From: Sedimentisphaeraceae bacterium JB056
GTDB taxonomy: Bacteria > Planctomycetota > Phycisphaerae > Sedimentisphaerales > Sedimentisphaeraceae
Assembly (NCBI GenBank): GCA_044440125.1
Contig: JBITAJ010000004.1
Coordinates: 223,235-287,234 of the forward strand
Direction: 5' to 3'
DNA: 64,000 bases
Part shown: positions 38,895 to 49,725 of the stretch, piece by piece
How the letters are laid out: every line of letters begins with the position of its first letter
Position numbering within the stretch: the stretch's first letter is position 1
The notes under the pieces: model-generated
Database searches by the model: none
Told to the model about the DNA's origin: nothing
What the model saw: only the letters and a program-made list of their open reading frames with translations
Position numbers and translations under genes: made by a program

Positions 38895-39233
38895 TAAATA
38901 CTACTCCTAAAACCAGATTAACAAAATAATGTAGGATTATATATAAATTGAAGACATCTGTCTATTATTAAACCTACTGCCGCAAAACAGTTTAATATTT
39001 TCATAAAGCTGTTAAGTTTAGGTTAGTTATGTGCATAAAACTGAAAAAAAGTTGCTATTTCTGGTCAAAGGGCTAAAATAAATTGGTCTTATATAGACAT
39101 TTTGTTGCTTAAATACTTTAAAATAGGGAAATGGATGATTACGGCTTGCCGCTCAATACACTTTTGAGCAAATACTAACATCTCTGCAAGTCATCAGTTA
39201 TTCCGGCCCACAAGATGGAGAATGAAATAAACA

Positions 39234-41084
39234 ATGTGTGGAATAGTTGCATACATAGGTAAAAAAGCTGCGCAACCACTACTGCTTGAAGGGCTTAGAC
39301 GCCTTGAATATCGCGGTTATGATTCGGCAGGAGTTGGGCTGCTCTCAAAGGACGGTGTTCGCGTCACCAAAAACAAAGGCCGAATCGCTACGTTGTGCGA
39401 AAAACTTGAAGGTTCAGCAGCAGTTGAAACGATTGGTATTGGTCACACACGCTGGGCTACTCACGGCGAACCAAACACCATAAACGCTCACCCTCATATG
39501 GATTTCACAGGCAAAATCACGATAGTCCATAACGGAATTATCGAAAACTACAATACGCTGAAAAAATGGCTTCAGGAAGAAGGCTACAGCTTCAAAAGCG
39601 AGACTGACACTGAAGTATTGGCAAATCTGATCGGCTATTTCTATTCAAAAGCAGAGTCGCTCAATGGGCAGGATAAATTCGAATGGGCTGTTCAGAGAGC
39701 ACTTAATCAGGTTCACGGAACTTACGGTCTCGCAATACTTTGCAGCGATTACCCCGATCGTATAATTGCGGCCAAAAAGGGTTCACCGCTTCTGGTAGGC
39801 GTTGGTGATGATGAGTATATCATAGCATCGGATGCTTCCGCTATTGTTGAACATACAACAAGCGCATTCTATCTGGCTGATGACGAGATGGCTGTGCTGA
39901 ACGTAGACAGTTTCAAGACCCAAACAATCCAGAACAAAGAGATATCAAAAGAAATACAAAAAATCGATTTCTCTCTTGATGAGATAGAGCTTGGCGGCTT
40001 CGAACATTACATGCTAAAAGAGATATTCGAGCAGCCCGAAGCCCTCGCCACATGCCTGAAAGGCCGTATCGACCTAAACAACAACAAGATTATACTCGGC
40101 GGGATTTCCGAACTCTCAAGAGCTCTCACAAGGGCAAAACGATTCATTCTTACAGGCTGCGGCACAGCATGGCACGCATGTCTGGTAGGTGAATTCATGA
40201 TAGAGCAGCTTGCCAGAATCCCCGTAGAGGTTGAATACGCAAGCGAACTGAGATATCGTAACCCGATTATCGAAGATGGAACGGTAGTTATCGCCGTAAG
40301 CCAGTCAGGCGAAACTGCCGACACACTTGCAGCTATCGAGATGTGTAAGGAAAGAGGAGCTACGGTTCTTGGTATCGTAAACGTGGTAGGTTCAACTATC
40401 GCACGTACAACAGATGCCGGTGTCTATCTACGCGTAGGCCCGGAAATCGGTGTTGCAAGTACTAAAGCTTTCACCGCGCAAGTCTCTATCCTTGCTATGC
40501 TTGCAATAGAACTCGGCCGTCGCAGACACCTTGACACACTCCGAACTTCTGAGCTTCTCAATGAGCTTAACGAAATACCCAATAAGATTGGTGAGATACT
40601 CAAGTATTCCGACCAAATCAAGGAAATCGCAAAAGAGTGCTGCGACAAAGAAAACTGGCTGTTCCTCGGAAGAGGCTTCAACTATCCAACCGCTCTGGAA
40701 GGTGCATTGAAGCTCAAGGAAATCAGCTACATCCATGCCGAAGGACTTCCGGCGGCAGAGATGAAGCACGGCCCAATCGCACTTATCACAGACGGAATGC
40801 CGGCGGTATTCATCGCCACAAGGTGTTCACACTATGAAAAGATCATCAGCAATATTGAGGAAGTAAGGGCAAGAGGCGGCAGAACAATCGTCATCGCCAA
40901 TGAAGGCGACGGCGAAATAGAAAAATACGCCGACTATTTGATTACAATACCAAAGGTTGACGATGCTTTCGAACCACTGCTTGCGGTATTACCTCTGCAG
41001 CTTCTGGCATACCACTGTGCAGTACTCAGAGGTCACGATGTGGATAAACCACGAAATCTGGCAAAGAGTGTTACAGTAGAATAA
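39234..41084 (+). CDS. glmS: Glutamine--fructose-6-phosphate transaminase
   Basis: MCGIV, LEYRGYDSAG, GHTRWATHG, SQSGETADT, PRNLAKSVTVE. Confidence 0.99.
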   Translation: MCGIVAYIGKKAAQPLLLEGLRRLEYRGYDSAGVGLLSKDGVRVTKNKGRIATLCEKLEGSAAVETIGIGHTRWATHGEPNTINAHPHMDFTGKITIVHNGIIENYNTLKKWLQEEGYSFKSETDTEVLANLIGYFYSKAESLNGQDKFEWAVQRALNQVHGTYGLAILCSDYPDRIIAAKKGSPLLVGVGDDEYIIASDASAIVEHTTSAFYLADDEMAVLNVDSFKTQTIQNKEISKEIQKIDFSLDEIELGGFEHYMLKEIFEQPEALATCLKGRIDLNNNKIILGGISELSRALTRAKRFILTGCGTAWHACLVGEFMIEQLARIPVEVEYASELRYRNPIIEDGTVVIAVSQSGETADTLAAIEMCKERGATVLGIVNVVGSTIARTTDAGVYLRVGPEIGVASTKAFTAQVSILAMLAIELGRRRHLDTLRTSELLNELNEIPNKIGEILKYSDQIKEIAKECCDKENWLFLGRGFNYPTALEGALKLKEISYIHAEGLPAAEMKHGPIALITDGMPAVFIATRCSHYEKIISNIEEVRARGGRTIVIANEGDGEIEKYADYLITIPKVDDAFEPLLAVLPLQLLAYHCAVLRGHDVDKPRNLAKSVTVE

Positions 41085-41089
41085 AACTT

Positions 41090-41123
41090 AAAACCCTGAT
41101 AGCGATAGAGTTATCAGGGTTTT
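41090..41123. terminator. Bidirectional terminator
   Basis: AAAACCCTGATA...TATCAGGGTTTT between convergent genes. Confidence 0.75.
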
Positions 41124-42250
41124 TCATTGCCCTGATCTACCGGCATAATCTCAAAAACAGTAATATGAGGCGGCGACAATATTCGCATCGGCGGCCCCCA
41201 AGTGCCTGTGCCTCGACTTGTATAAAGCAAACTCCCATTCTCAAGACGATACAAACCATCCTGCATAGGATACTGCATTGCTGTCAAAAAATTAAATGGA
41301 AAAACCTGCCCCTTGTGAGCATGACCTGAAAGCTGCAGATCAAACAAACCGACTGCCATTGAATCAACTTCAGGACGATGTTTCAAGAATACAGTATATC
41401 TATCCTTATCAATTCCGTTAAACAACATGAAATCTTCGCCTGGCTCACCTCTGGCCGGGTCATCAATACCAGCAATATTCAGCTTATCGCCAACCTGAAC
41501 AACTCTGCCCCTGAGCATTGTAAAACCGGCAGATTCCATAAACTCAATCGAATTATCAAGCCCAGCATAATACTCATGATTTCCGGTTACGGCATATTTA
41601 CCCATAGGCGGGTTAAAGGAAGCCCATACCGGAGCCATTCCATCCAGGTGATTTATCTGAGCATCAACCATATCGCCGGTCGAAACGAGGATATCGGGCT
41701 GCAGGTCTTCCAGTTTTTCAATAACATCCACCAATTCACCTTTTTGCCGCATCAAGCCAAGATGCATATCAGAAACCTGTGCCACGACAAATTTATCATT
41801 CGCAGAAAATTTTGAAGAATAAAGCTTTACGTGTTCAACGCGAATATGAGAAGCCTCATAGTATCCATAACAGCAAACACATGCTGCAATCAGTAACAAT
41901 ATCGCGGAAACACGTTTGCTTCTTAACGAAATGGATATTGCCTGCGGCATTGCAAAGCCCAAAGCGGCTGCAATTATCTCCCATAAAATAAGTAAGACCG
42001 ACAAGCTGAAAGCAATAAATACCGCCCCCATCCATATGAACGCAACCCATGCAAGTATTCTTGGTGCCAAGTGATAGTTGGCTTTTTCCAACAATCTCAC
42101 CACAATAGGCATCAGCATCATCACAAACATAACACTAACGCAAGATATAATCAACGATCTCTTGCCTTTGAGCAACGGATATATACCCCAGAAAACAACT
42201 GAGTGAAGAAATGTGTATAGTGTCAAAAATATTGCAATGAATAATATCAT
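41114..42250 (-). CDS. Membrane-anchored calcineurin-like metallophosphoesterase (YkuE-like)
   Basis: N-terminal TM helices; SDMH, TGDMVD, GNHE, LSGHAHKGQ, GTWGPPMR. Confidence 0.93.
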   Translation of the reverse strand: MILFIAIFLTLYTFLHSVVFWGIYPLLKGKRSLIISCVSVMFVMMLMPIVVRLLEKANYHLAPRILAWVAFIWMGAVFIAFSLSVLLILWEIIAAALGFAMPQAISISLRSKRVSAILLLIAACVCCYGYYEASHIRVEHVKLYSSKFSANDKFVVAQVSDMHLGLMRQKGELVDVIEKLEDLQPDILVSTGDMVDAQINHLDGMAPVWASFNPPMGKYAVTGNHEYYAGLDNSIEFMESAGFTMLRGRVVQVGDKLNIAGIDDPARGEPGEDFMLFNGIDKDRYTVFLKHRPEVDSMAVGLFDLQLSGHAHKGQVFPFNFLTAMQYPMQDGLYRLENGSLLYTSRGTGTWGPPMRILSPPHITVFEIMPVDQGNEKP

Positions 42251-42435
42251 CTTACCTTATCCTCTTGAATACAAAAAAATATATACTCGATTATACAAGG
42301 TTTTGCCCATTTTTAATGTCTTAAACGCCGATTTTTTAAAAAAAGAGTAATTTTTCCAAAAAATCATACATTTTTTTGAAATAAACAATTAAAATGAACG
42401 TTTAACTATATAAGCAAAAAGAAAGATCTTTTGAC

Positions 42436-43080
42436 ATGGAAACTAAAAAGAAAAACAGAAAACAGCTTTTAATTGAAGCGGCGTGTGAAGTCTTTTCCCA
42501 AAAGGGCTATCGCGATGCAACCATTGCTGATATATGTGAACGAGCAGAGAGCAACATAGCTTCTGTAAATTATTATTTTGGCGACAAGGAACATCTCTAT
42601 GCGCAAGTCTGGAAATATGCTTTTGAAGAATCTCTTAAAGCCTATCCCCCTGAAGGAGATCTGCCATCCAATGCGCCCGCCACAGAAAGGCTTAAAGCAA
42701 GAATCGGCTCGCTTATGAACAGGATTCTTGACGATGGCAAAGTCGGGTATTTTTCCCGAATGCTGTTTACAGAAATGGCCAACCCTACCGATTCAATTGA
42801 TGAAGTAATAAAGAAAACAGTAATGCCCCAAAAAGAACAATTTTTCGATATACTGAGTAAACTGCTTGGTGAAGCTGCTACAAAAGAGAATGTATGCCTT
42901 TGCGCTGTATGCGTGATGAATACCTGCATAATGTTCTCGATGCATAATCATATGCGAAAAAAAATACTGGTTCCCAAAGATGGTATGAACATTACTCGCG
43001 AAATGCTAATAGAACATATTTATACTTTTGCAATGGGCGGCATAGAGGAATGCCGTAAAAAATATTTAGAAGGAAAATAG
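42436..43080 (+). CDS. TetR family regulator with a CecR/DUF1956-type C-terminus
   Basis: AACEVFSQKGYRDATIADIC...SVNYYFGDKEHLY. Confidence 0.9.
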   Translation: METKKKNRKQLLIEAACEVFSQKGYRDATIADICERAESNIASVNYYFGDKEHLYAQVWKYAFEESLKAYPPEGDLPSNAPATERLKARIGSLMNRILDDGKVGYFSRMLFTEMANPTDSIDEVIKKTVMPQKEQFFDILSKLLGEAATKENVCLCAVCVMNTCIMFSMHNHMRKKILVPKDGMNITREMLIEHIYTFAMGGIEECRKKYLEGK

Positions 43081-44457
43081 ATGAATATAACAATCAAATT
43101 TTTATTTGCGATATTATGCTGTATGATTTTAACATCATGCGCACAAAAAGAAACTGAGCTTGATATTGAACTTGATGTCCCCCAATCACTCGATGAAAAA
43201 AATGTAAGTTCAGAGTTCTCCACATCAGACAAATGGTGGGAGAATTTTGGCGATGCAGATTTAAACAATCTGATATCAACTGCACTTGATGATAATCTCT
43301 CTCTAAACCAGATGTGGCAAAGGGTAGAGCAAGCCAAGCAGGCAGCAGCAATATCAGGCGCAGACCTTGCCCCATCTGTAGACATAAGCGGCAATGCCGA
43401 GCGAAACAGAACTATCACCACCAACGACAAAAAAAGTTACAGCTCGCTGTATTCTACCGGACTGATAGTCAACTATGAGTTGGATATATGGGGACGTGTC
43501 GCAGCCAATGCAGCGGCAGGTATTTATCAATGGCAGGCAAGTGAAGAAGATTATAACGCTGCCAAAATAAGCATAGCATCACAGATAGCTAATGCATGGT
43601 TTGGATATATCGAAACAAATCGAAGGATTCAAATAATCAACCAGCAAATCAAACTCAATGAAGACACTCTCGATATTATTACAATGCAATTTAAACGCGG
43701 TCAGGCAGAAGCCGTTGATGTTCTTCAGCAAAGGCAACTCCTTGAATCAAGCCGCGGCGACAAAACTTTATTGAACTCCCAACTTGATATATTAAAAACC
43801 CAACTTGCAGTATTGACTGGAAAGTCACCGGGTAAGATTGAAATTCCAACAAGATATAATCTGCCGGAAATAAATTCAATGCCGCAAACCGGTTCAGTTA
43901 GCGAACTTCTGAATCGCAGGCCAGATATAAAATCAGCATATCTTAAAATTAAATCTTACGACAGAACGCTTGCCGCTGCTGTAGCCAATAAGATGCCGAA
44001 AATTAATCTAAGCGCAGCAATAGTTACAAGCGATGACCAGCTTAAAGGTTTATTCGACAGTTGGCAGTCAAATATTGCTGCTGATCTTATTATGCCGTTA
44101 TTTGATTCAGGAAAAACAGAGGCCGAAGTCAAAAGACAGGAAGCACTCAAAAAAGAGGCAACTTACGCTTATATTGAAACTGTTTACAACGCAATCAAAG
44201 AAGTACGTGACGCTCTTTCACAAGAAAGAAATCAAGAACTCTATCTGGAAAGTCTTTCAAAACAAATGCAGCTTTCAAAACAATCTGTTGAAAGAATATT
44301 TGACAGTTACACAAAGGGTAGAAGTGATTTTCTTCGCCTGCTTTCCGTACAGTTGTCCGATCAAAATTTGGAACTAAGCATTGTATCGGCCAGAAAAAAT
44401 CTTATCAGTTACAGGATAGATATTTATAAAGCTTTGGCTGGAAAAATAGAAATTTAA
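43081..44457 (+). CDS. Outer membrane efflux lipoprotein (TolC/NodT family)
   Basis: Lipobox LTSC, WWENFGD, YELDIWGR, LLNRRPDI, YKALAG. Confidence 0.93.
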   Translation: MNITIKFLFAILCCMILTSCAQKETELDIELDVPQSLDEKNVSSEFSTSDKWWENFGDADLNNLISTALDDNLSLNQMWQRVEQAKQAAAISGADLAPSVDISGNAERNRTITTNDKKSYSSLYSTGLIVNYELDIWGRVAANAAAGIYQWQASEEDYNAAKISIASQIANAWFGYIETNRRIQIINQQIKLNEDTLDIITMQFKRGQAEAVDVLQQRQLLESSRGDKTLLNSQLDILKTQLAVLTGKSPGKIEIPTRYNLPEINSMPQTGSVSELLNRRPDIKSAYLKIKSYDRTLAAAVANKMPKINLSAAIVTSDDQLKGLFDSWQSNIAADLIMPLFDSGKTEAEVKRQEALKKEATYAYIETVYNAIKEVRDALSQERNQELYLESLSKQMQLSKQSVERIFDSYTKGRSDFLRLLSVQLSDQNLELSIVSARKNLISYRIDIYKALAGKIEI

Positions 44458-44523
44458 AAACGAAGCTGCAAAACCGAATCTATAATAAAACATAACTTAA
44501 TAAAAAAATCTGGAATACAAATC

Positions 44524-45723
44524 ATGAGTGAGCAAAAAAGTAAAGGATTAAAATTTATATTGATAACAATCAAAACCATAATTCCAATATTGATTTTGAT
44601 CGTTGGAATTGGTGCAGGCGGTTATCTTATGAAAACAAGACCAGTAGCAAAAAAGAAAACAGCTCAACCAACTCCTACAAGAGTCAATATAATAACTGCA
44701 AAAGAGAATGATAATAAAATTAAAATTGAAGCAATGGGAACAGTTAAGCCTGCTCTCAATGTTGAAATTAAATCTCAAGTAAGCGGTGAGATTATTTATG
44801 TATCTCCCAACTTCGTACCTGGCGGAAGATTTGAGAAGGGAGAAGTGATTATCAAAATCGATCCACGTGATTACGAGTTGGCTGTCAAACAGAAGAAACA
44901 GGAACTAACTCAGGCGAAAGCAAACTTAAGACTTGAATACGGCCAGCAGTCAATAGCCAAGAAAGAATATGAACTTCTTGGAGAATCAATATCCAAAGAA
45001 GATGAAGAATTCGTTTTAAGAAAGCCTCAACTGCTCAAAGCAGAAGCAGAAGTGGAACGCCTTGAAGCACAGCTTGATGAAGCAAAGCTTAATCTTGAAC
45101 GTACCGTAATAAAGGCTTCTTTTAATTCTACTGTGCAGCAGAGATATGTCAACCTCGGCTCAAGTGTAAACAGCGGAGGAGAACTCGTATCGTTATACGG
45201 AACAGATGAATACTGGGTAGAGATATCACTACCTGTAGATGAGCTTCGGTGGATAAGAATTCCGGAAAGTATCGAAAGCAAAGGTGCAACAGCAAAAGTA
45301 TTTATTCCGGGTTCGACGAATGATTCTTACAAACAAGGACATGTATTCAGACTTCGGTCGGAACTTGAAACACAAGGACGGATGGCAAGAATCTTAATAA
45401 GCGTAAGTAAACCACTTTTGAGTAAACGTGATGATACAACAGAGCCTCCATTATTGGCAGGATCATTTGTACGAGTAGAGATAGAAGGTACAACATTAAA
45501 AGACAGTATTAAGATCCCAAGACGTGCATTAAGAGATAATAATAAAATATGGATTAACAATAACAACAAACTGAAAGTCAGGGAGATTTCTCCTATCTAT
45601 AAAGACAGCAATTATATCTATACCATAGAAGGCATAGAGAATGGCGAAAAGGTCATTACAAGCGATATAGCCTCACCGATAGAAGATATGATCCTTAAAA
45701 TAGAGGAGAATGAACAGCAATGA
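44524..45723 (+). CDS. RND efflux periplasmic adaptor subunit
   Basis: GTV...QVSGEI, IDPRDY, LERTVIKASF, GSFVRVEIEG. Confidence 0.93.
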   Translation: MSEQKSKGLKFILITIKTIIPILILIVGIGAGGYLMKTRPVAKKKTAQPTPTRVNIITAKENDNKIKIEAMGTVKPALNVEIKSQVSGEIIYVSPNFVPGGRFEKGEVIIKIDPRDYELAVKQKKQELTQAKANLRLEYGQQSIAKKEYELLGESISKEDEEFVLRKPQLLKAEAEVERLEAQLDEAKLNLERTVIKASFNSTVQQRYVNLGSSVNSGGELVSLYGTDEYWVEISLPVDELRWIRIPESIESKGATAKVFIPGSTNDSYKQGHVFRLRSELETQGRMARILISVSKPLLSKRDDTTEPPLLAGSFVRVEIEGTTLKDSIKIPRRALRDNNKIWINNNNKLKVREISPIYKDSNYIYTIEGIENGEKVITSDIASPIEDMILKIEENEQQ

Positions 45724-48700
45724 GTATACTTAAGAAAAGAAGATACAGAGGCCCTATCGGCTGGATGGCCGGTCATACAGTAGCTTCAAACCTGATAATG
45801 CTTTTTTGCATAATCGGGGGTTTCATGATGCTCAGCCATATAAAACAGGAAGTATTCCCTGATCTTACTCTCGACATGGTAACTGTTACAGTTCCTTATC
45901 CGGGAGCAAGTCCTGAAGAAGTCGAACGTGGAATTGTACTATCAATAGAAGAATCCGTGCGCGGGCTTGACGGCGTAAAAGAAGTAAGCTCCACTGCAAA
46001 TGAAGGAGTTGGAACAGTTACCATCGAACTTCTCGAAGGTGAAAATCTTCAGAAACTGTCACAAGATATACAGAACGAAGTCGATCAGATAACAACATTC
46101 CCAGAAGATGCTGAGGAACCTCAGATTACGGTTGTGTCAAGACAACGAGGAGCTATATCACTCGCAATATATGGTGACGTTAACCCATCTGTCTTGCATG
46201 AACTTGGTGAACAGATACGTGACGAACTTCTGCAACTGCCAACAGTAACACAACTTGAACTTACAGGAGTAAGACCTCTTGAAATCAGCATTGAAGTGCC
46301 ACAGGAAAATTTGCGAAGATACAACCTTACATTGAGCCAGATATCTCAGATTATTGGCAGCTCTGCCATAGAGATACCTGGAGGCGGAGTTAAGACAGCT
46401 GGTGGAGAGATACTTGTCCGTATGAAAGAACGCCGTGATTACGGCAGACAATTCGCAACACTTCCAATCATTACTACCGATGACGGTACACAAGTACTAC
46501 TTGAAGATATAGCTCAGATCAAAGATGGTTTTGAAGACACTGATTATTACGCAACCTACAATGACCTGCCGGCTGTTATGATAGAAGTTTACAGAGTAGG
46601 TGAACAGACTCCTATAGAAGTCGCAGACTCTGTCATGGAATACATCGAAAATAATAAAGAGGCTCTGCCACCAGGAATAAAACTCAGCATACTGGAAGAT
46701 CGCTCTGACATATTCAGGCAGCGAATCAATCTTCTTGTTAAAAATGGTGCAATGGGTTTGGTCCTTGTATTGATTGTTCTCGGACTTTTTCTTGAACTGC
46801 GACTTGCTTTCTGGGTAATGCTTGGTATTCCAATCTCATTCCTTGGGTCTTTTCTGATACTCCCATTATTTGGGGTAAGCATCAATATGGTTTCAATGTT
46901 TGCCTATATTATTGCTCTTGGTATCGTAGTCGATGATGCAATCGTAGTTGGCGAAAACATTTACTATCTTCATCAGAAAGGAATGCCGTTTCTTGAAGCA
47001 GCCGTAAAAGGAGCGAAAGAAGTTGCAATGCCAGTTACGTTCAGTATTCTCACTAACATAGCTGCCTTTATGCCTCTGTATTTCATACCTGGCATCATGG
47101 GGAAAATATTCCTTATGATACCTACAGTAGTAACCATAGTGTTTTTAATCTCGTTGGCCGAATCTCTTTTCATTCTGCCATCACACCTTGGGCATCAAAA
47201 AGACAGGAAACGCAAAGGATTGTCAAGATGGTTCCATCAACGCCAACAAGGATTCAGCCGCAGATTTACACACTGGGTAAATGATATATATCAGCCTTTC
47301 CTTGACAAATCACTTCGTAACAGGTATATAGTTTTGTCAACAGGCGCAGCGATTCTTATAATAGCGATATGTTATGCCGCAAGTGGAAGAATGGGTTTCG
47401 CTCTTTTCCCCACAGTTGAATCAGACTTTTCTGTAGCAACAATCACACTCCCTTACGGCGCACCCGTAGAAAAAACGGAAGCTATTGCAAAAAGATTATA
47501 TAAAGCCGCAAGAGAAGTTGTAGATGAATCCGGTAAACAAGAATTAGTGGAAGGTATTTTCTCTGAAGTAGGAGCTGGCGGAAGTCATGTAACAAAAATA
47601 CGAGTCTATCTCGCAGATGCAGATGTTAGGGAAAAAATAATGAGTACCGAAACATTCACAAAGAGGTGGCGTGAAAAGACCGGCCCTATAGTAGGTGCCG
47701 ACAAAGTACTTTTTGAAGCTGACGCCGGAGGTCCAGGTTCAGGTGCATCACTTACAGTGGAATTAAGCCACCGAGATATCGACGTACTTGATAAAGCAAG
47801 TGCAGAGCTTGCGGCAGAACTTGAAAACTATCCCAGAGTTGCTGATATAGACAGCGGTTACCAAAAAGGTAAGCAACAGATAGATTTCACGGTTACTCCT
47901 CAAGGTAAGAGCCTTGGCTTAACCGCTTCTTCAATAGCAAGACAAGTTCGAAATGCGTTCTATGGCGCAGAAGCGATAAGACAACAACGCGGAAGAAATG
48001 AAATCAAGATAATGGTTCGCCTTCCTGAACAGCAGAGAATATCGGAATATGATATTGAAAATCTCATATTGAGAAATTCAGAAGGAAAAGAAATAATGCT
48101 TCGTGAAGCCGCTAAAGCCCAAAAAGGCCGCGCATACACGAATATATCCAGACGTGAAGGACGTCGTGTTGTAACTGTATCTGCCAATGTAACACCGAGA
48201 GACAAGTCCGGTGAAGTATTAGCAAACCTCAAGAAAGATGCACTTCCCAAACTCATGAAAAAATATCGTGGTTTGACATACAGCTTCGAAGGAAGACAAG
48301 CCGATCAAAGAGAGAGTCTTGGGAGTTTGAAATCAGGATTCTCGATAGCAATGCTTGTTGTGTTCGCACTTCTGGCAATCCCTTTTAGAAGTTATCTTCA
48401 GCCGCTTATCGTTATGGTAAGCATTCCATTTGGAATTGTCGGAGCGATAATCGGACATATAATCATGGGATATTCACTAAGCATTGTAAGCATGCTTGGT
48501 ATAGTAGCATTGGCAGGAGTTGTTGTTAACGACTCTCTTGTATTGATAGAATTTGCAAATCGGCGACGTCAGGAGAATAAAGATACTGCTCATGATGCAG
48601 TGCTTGCTTCAGCAACCCAAAGATTCCGACCTATTCTGCTTACTACATTGACCACATTCGGCGGACTTATGCCGATGATATTCGAGACAGAACGCTCGGC

Positions 48701-48866
48701 GAGATTCCTGATACCTATGGCGATATCACTTGGCTTTGGTGTGGTGTTTGCGACAAGTATAACACTGCTTCTTGTACCTTCTTTATATATGGTAGTAGAA
48801 GACATAAAAGACAAGGCAGAAAAAACAAAAGAAAAAGCCGCAGAACTTTCACCTCTGACAAATTAA
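45720..48866 (+). CDS. RND efflux permease (AcrB/AcrD/AcrF family)
   Basis: YPGASPEEVE, GIVVDDAIVVGEN, GVVVNDSLVL, RFRPILLT. Confidence 0.96.
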   Translation: MSILKKRRYRGPIGWMAGHTVASNLIMLFCIIGGFMMLSHIKQEVFPDLTLDMVTVTVPYPGASPEEVERGIVLSIEESVRGLDGVKEVSSTANEGVGTVTIELLEGENLQKLSQDIQNEVDQITTFPEDAEEPQITVVSRQRGAISLAIYGDVNPSVLHELGEQIRDELLQLPTVTQLELTGVRPLEISIEVPQENLRRYNLTLSQISQIIGSSAIEIPGGGVKTAGGEILVRMKERRDYGRQFATLPIITTDDGTQVLLEDIAQIKDGFEDTDYYATYNDLPAVMIEVYRVGEQTPIEVADSVMEYIENNKEALPPGIKLSILEDRSDIFRQRINLLVKNGAMGLVLVLIVLGLFLELRLAFWVMLGIPISFLGSFLILPLFGVSINMVSMFAYIIALGIVVDDAIVVGENIYYLHQKGMPFLEAAVKGAKEVAMPVTFSILTNIAAFMPLYFIPGIMGKIFLMIPTVVTIVFLISLAESLFILPSHLGHQKDRKRKGLSRWFHQRQQGFSRRFTHWVNDIYQPFLDKSLRNRYIVLSTGAAILIIAICYAASGRMGFALFPTVESDFSVATITLPYGAPVEKTEAIAKRLYKAAREVVDESGKQELVEGIFSEVGAGGSHVTKIRVYLADADVREKIMSTETFTKRWREKTGPIVGADKVLFEADAGGPGSGASLTVELSHRDIDVLDKASAELAAELENYPRVADIDSGYQKGKQQIDFTVTPQGKSLGLTASSIARQVRNAFYGAEAIRQQRGRNEIKIMVRLPEQQRISEYDIENLILRNSEGKEIMLREAAKAQKGRAYTNISRREGRRVVTVSANVTPRDKSGEVLANLKKDALPKLMKKYRGLTYSFEGRQADQRESLGSLKSGFSIAMLVVFALLAIPFRSYLQPLIVMVSIPFGIVGAIIGHIIMGYSLSIVSMLGIVALAGVVVNDSLVLIEFANRRRQENKDTAHDAVLASATQRFRPILLTTLTTFGGLMPMIFETERSARFLIPMAISLGFGVVFATSITLLLVPSLYMVVEDIKDKAEKTKEKAAELSPLTN

Positions 48867-48874
48867 GAAACAAA

Positions 48875-48908
48875 AAAAGGCTTGTGGTTTTAATACCGCA
48901 AGCCTTTT
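48875..48908. terminator. Bidirectional terminator
   Basis: AAAAGGCTTGTGGT...ACCGCAAGCCTTTT. Confidence 0.8.
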
Positions 48909-48927
48909 AAAAATCTGTTAATAACGC

Positions 48928-49662
48928 TTAAAAAGAATTCGCTATTCCATCTGCTATAATAGAAGCAACCTTACTTCGATATGAAGAACTGTTCAGGGCC
49001 CTGGCCTCACGATAGTTACTCAAATATCCAACCTCAACAAGCGTTGCCGGTTTGGGATGCTTTACGAGAACACGATAATTCGCTTTTCTCACACCCCTTG
49101 TCTTTATTCCATTTTTCTCAAATTGTCTTATAATTGAATCGGCTATCTTACGGCTTTGGGTCGTAGACTGGCGAGCTATATAACACGAAGGCCCTGAAAT
49201 AGATGAATCACCTATATAGTCCGCGTGTATTGAAACAAAAATATCAGCTCTGTATCTGCCTACCAAAGCAGCGCGGTCATCAAGCTCGATAAAAGTATCA
49301 TTCGACCTGGTAAGCCTTACATTAGCTCCCATGGAACTTAGTTTTGCGGCAACCTTCTTGGCTACATCAAGGTTGATATTCTTTTCCGGAGTGCCTAATG
49401 AAGAGCCAAGTTTAATCCCGAGTGTACCAGGATCTTTACCGCCGTGACCTGCATCTATCAAAATTGTCTTACCCTTTACCGAACTGGTTGAAGGCTGGTA
49501 GGAAGGGTAGGAAGGCACTGGAGTATATGCAGTTGCAGGTTTATCGTAATGACGAAGTCGATTATCTATCCCGCTAACTTCAGGACATGGAGGAGCACAA
49601 CCTGTAATACTCAGAACAACTGCTGCCAGTAAAATTACTCCGATCAGTTTTTTCGTATTCAC
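48928..49662 (-). CDS. N-acetylmuramoyl-L-alanine amidase (Amidase_3), lipoprotein
   Basis: Lipobox ITGC; IDAGHGG, EKNIN, SIHAD, LVEVGYL. Confidence 0.93.
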   Translation of the reverse strand: MNTKKLIGVILLAAVVLSITGCAPPCPEVSGIDNRLRHYDKPATAYTPVPSYPSYQPSTSSVKGKTILIDAGHGGKDPGTLGIKLGSSLGTPEKNINLDVAKKVAAKLSSMGANVRLTRSNDTFIELDDRAALVGRYRADIFVSIHADYIGDSSISGPSCYIARQSTTQSRKIADSIIRQFEKNGIKTRGVRKANYRVLVKHPKPATLVEVGYLSNYREARALNSSSYRSKVASIIADGIANSF

Positions 49663-49690
49663 TTTACACTCCTTTTTTCAAAAATCAAAA

Positions 49691-49715
49691 GGCTGACGGA
49701 ATAAAACCGCCAGCC
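49691..49715 (-). terminator. Terminator after purC
   Basis: Minus strand GGCTGGCGG...CCGTCAGCC followed by TTTT. Confidence 0.7.
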
Positions 49716-49725
49716 ATATTAGAAA

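Noticed and set aside
39120..39233. Canonical glmS ribozyme
   Set aside because: The conserved core motifs are not visible.
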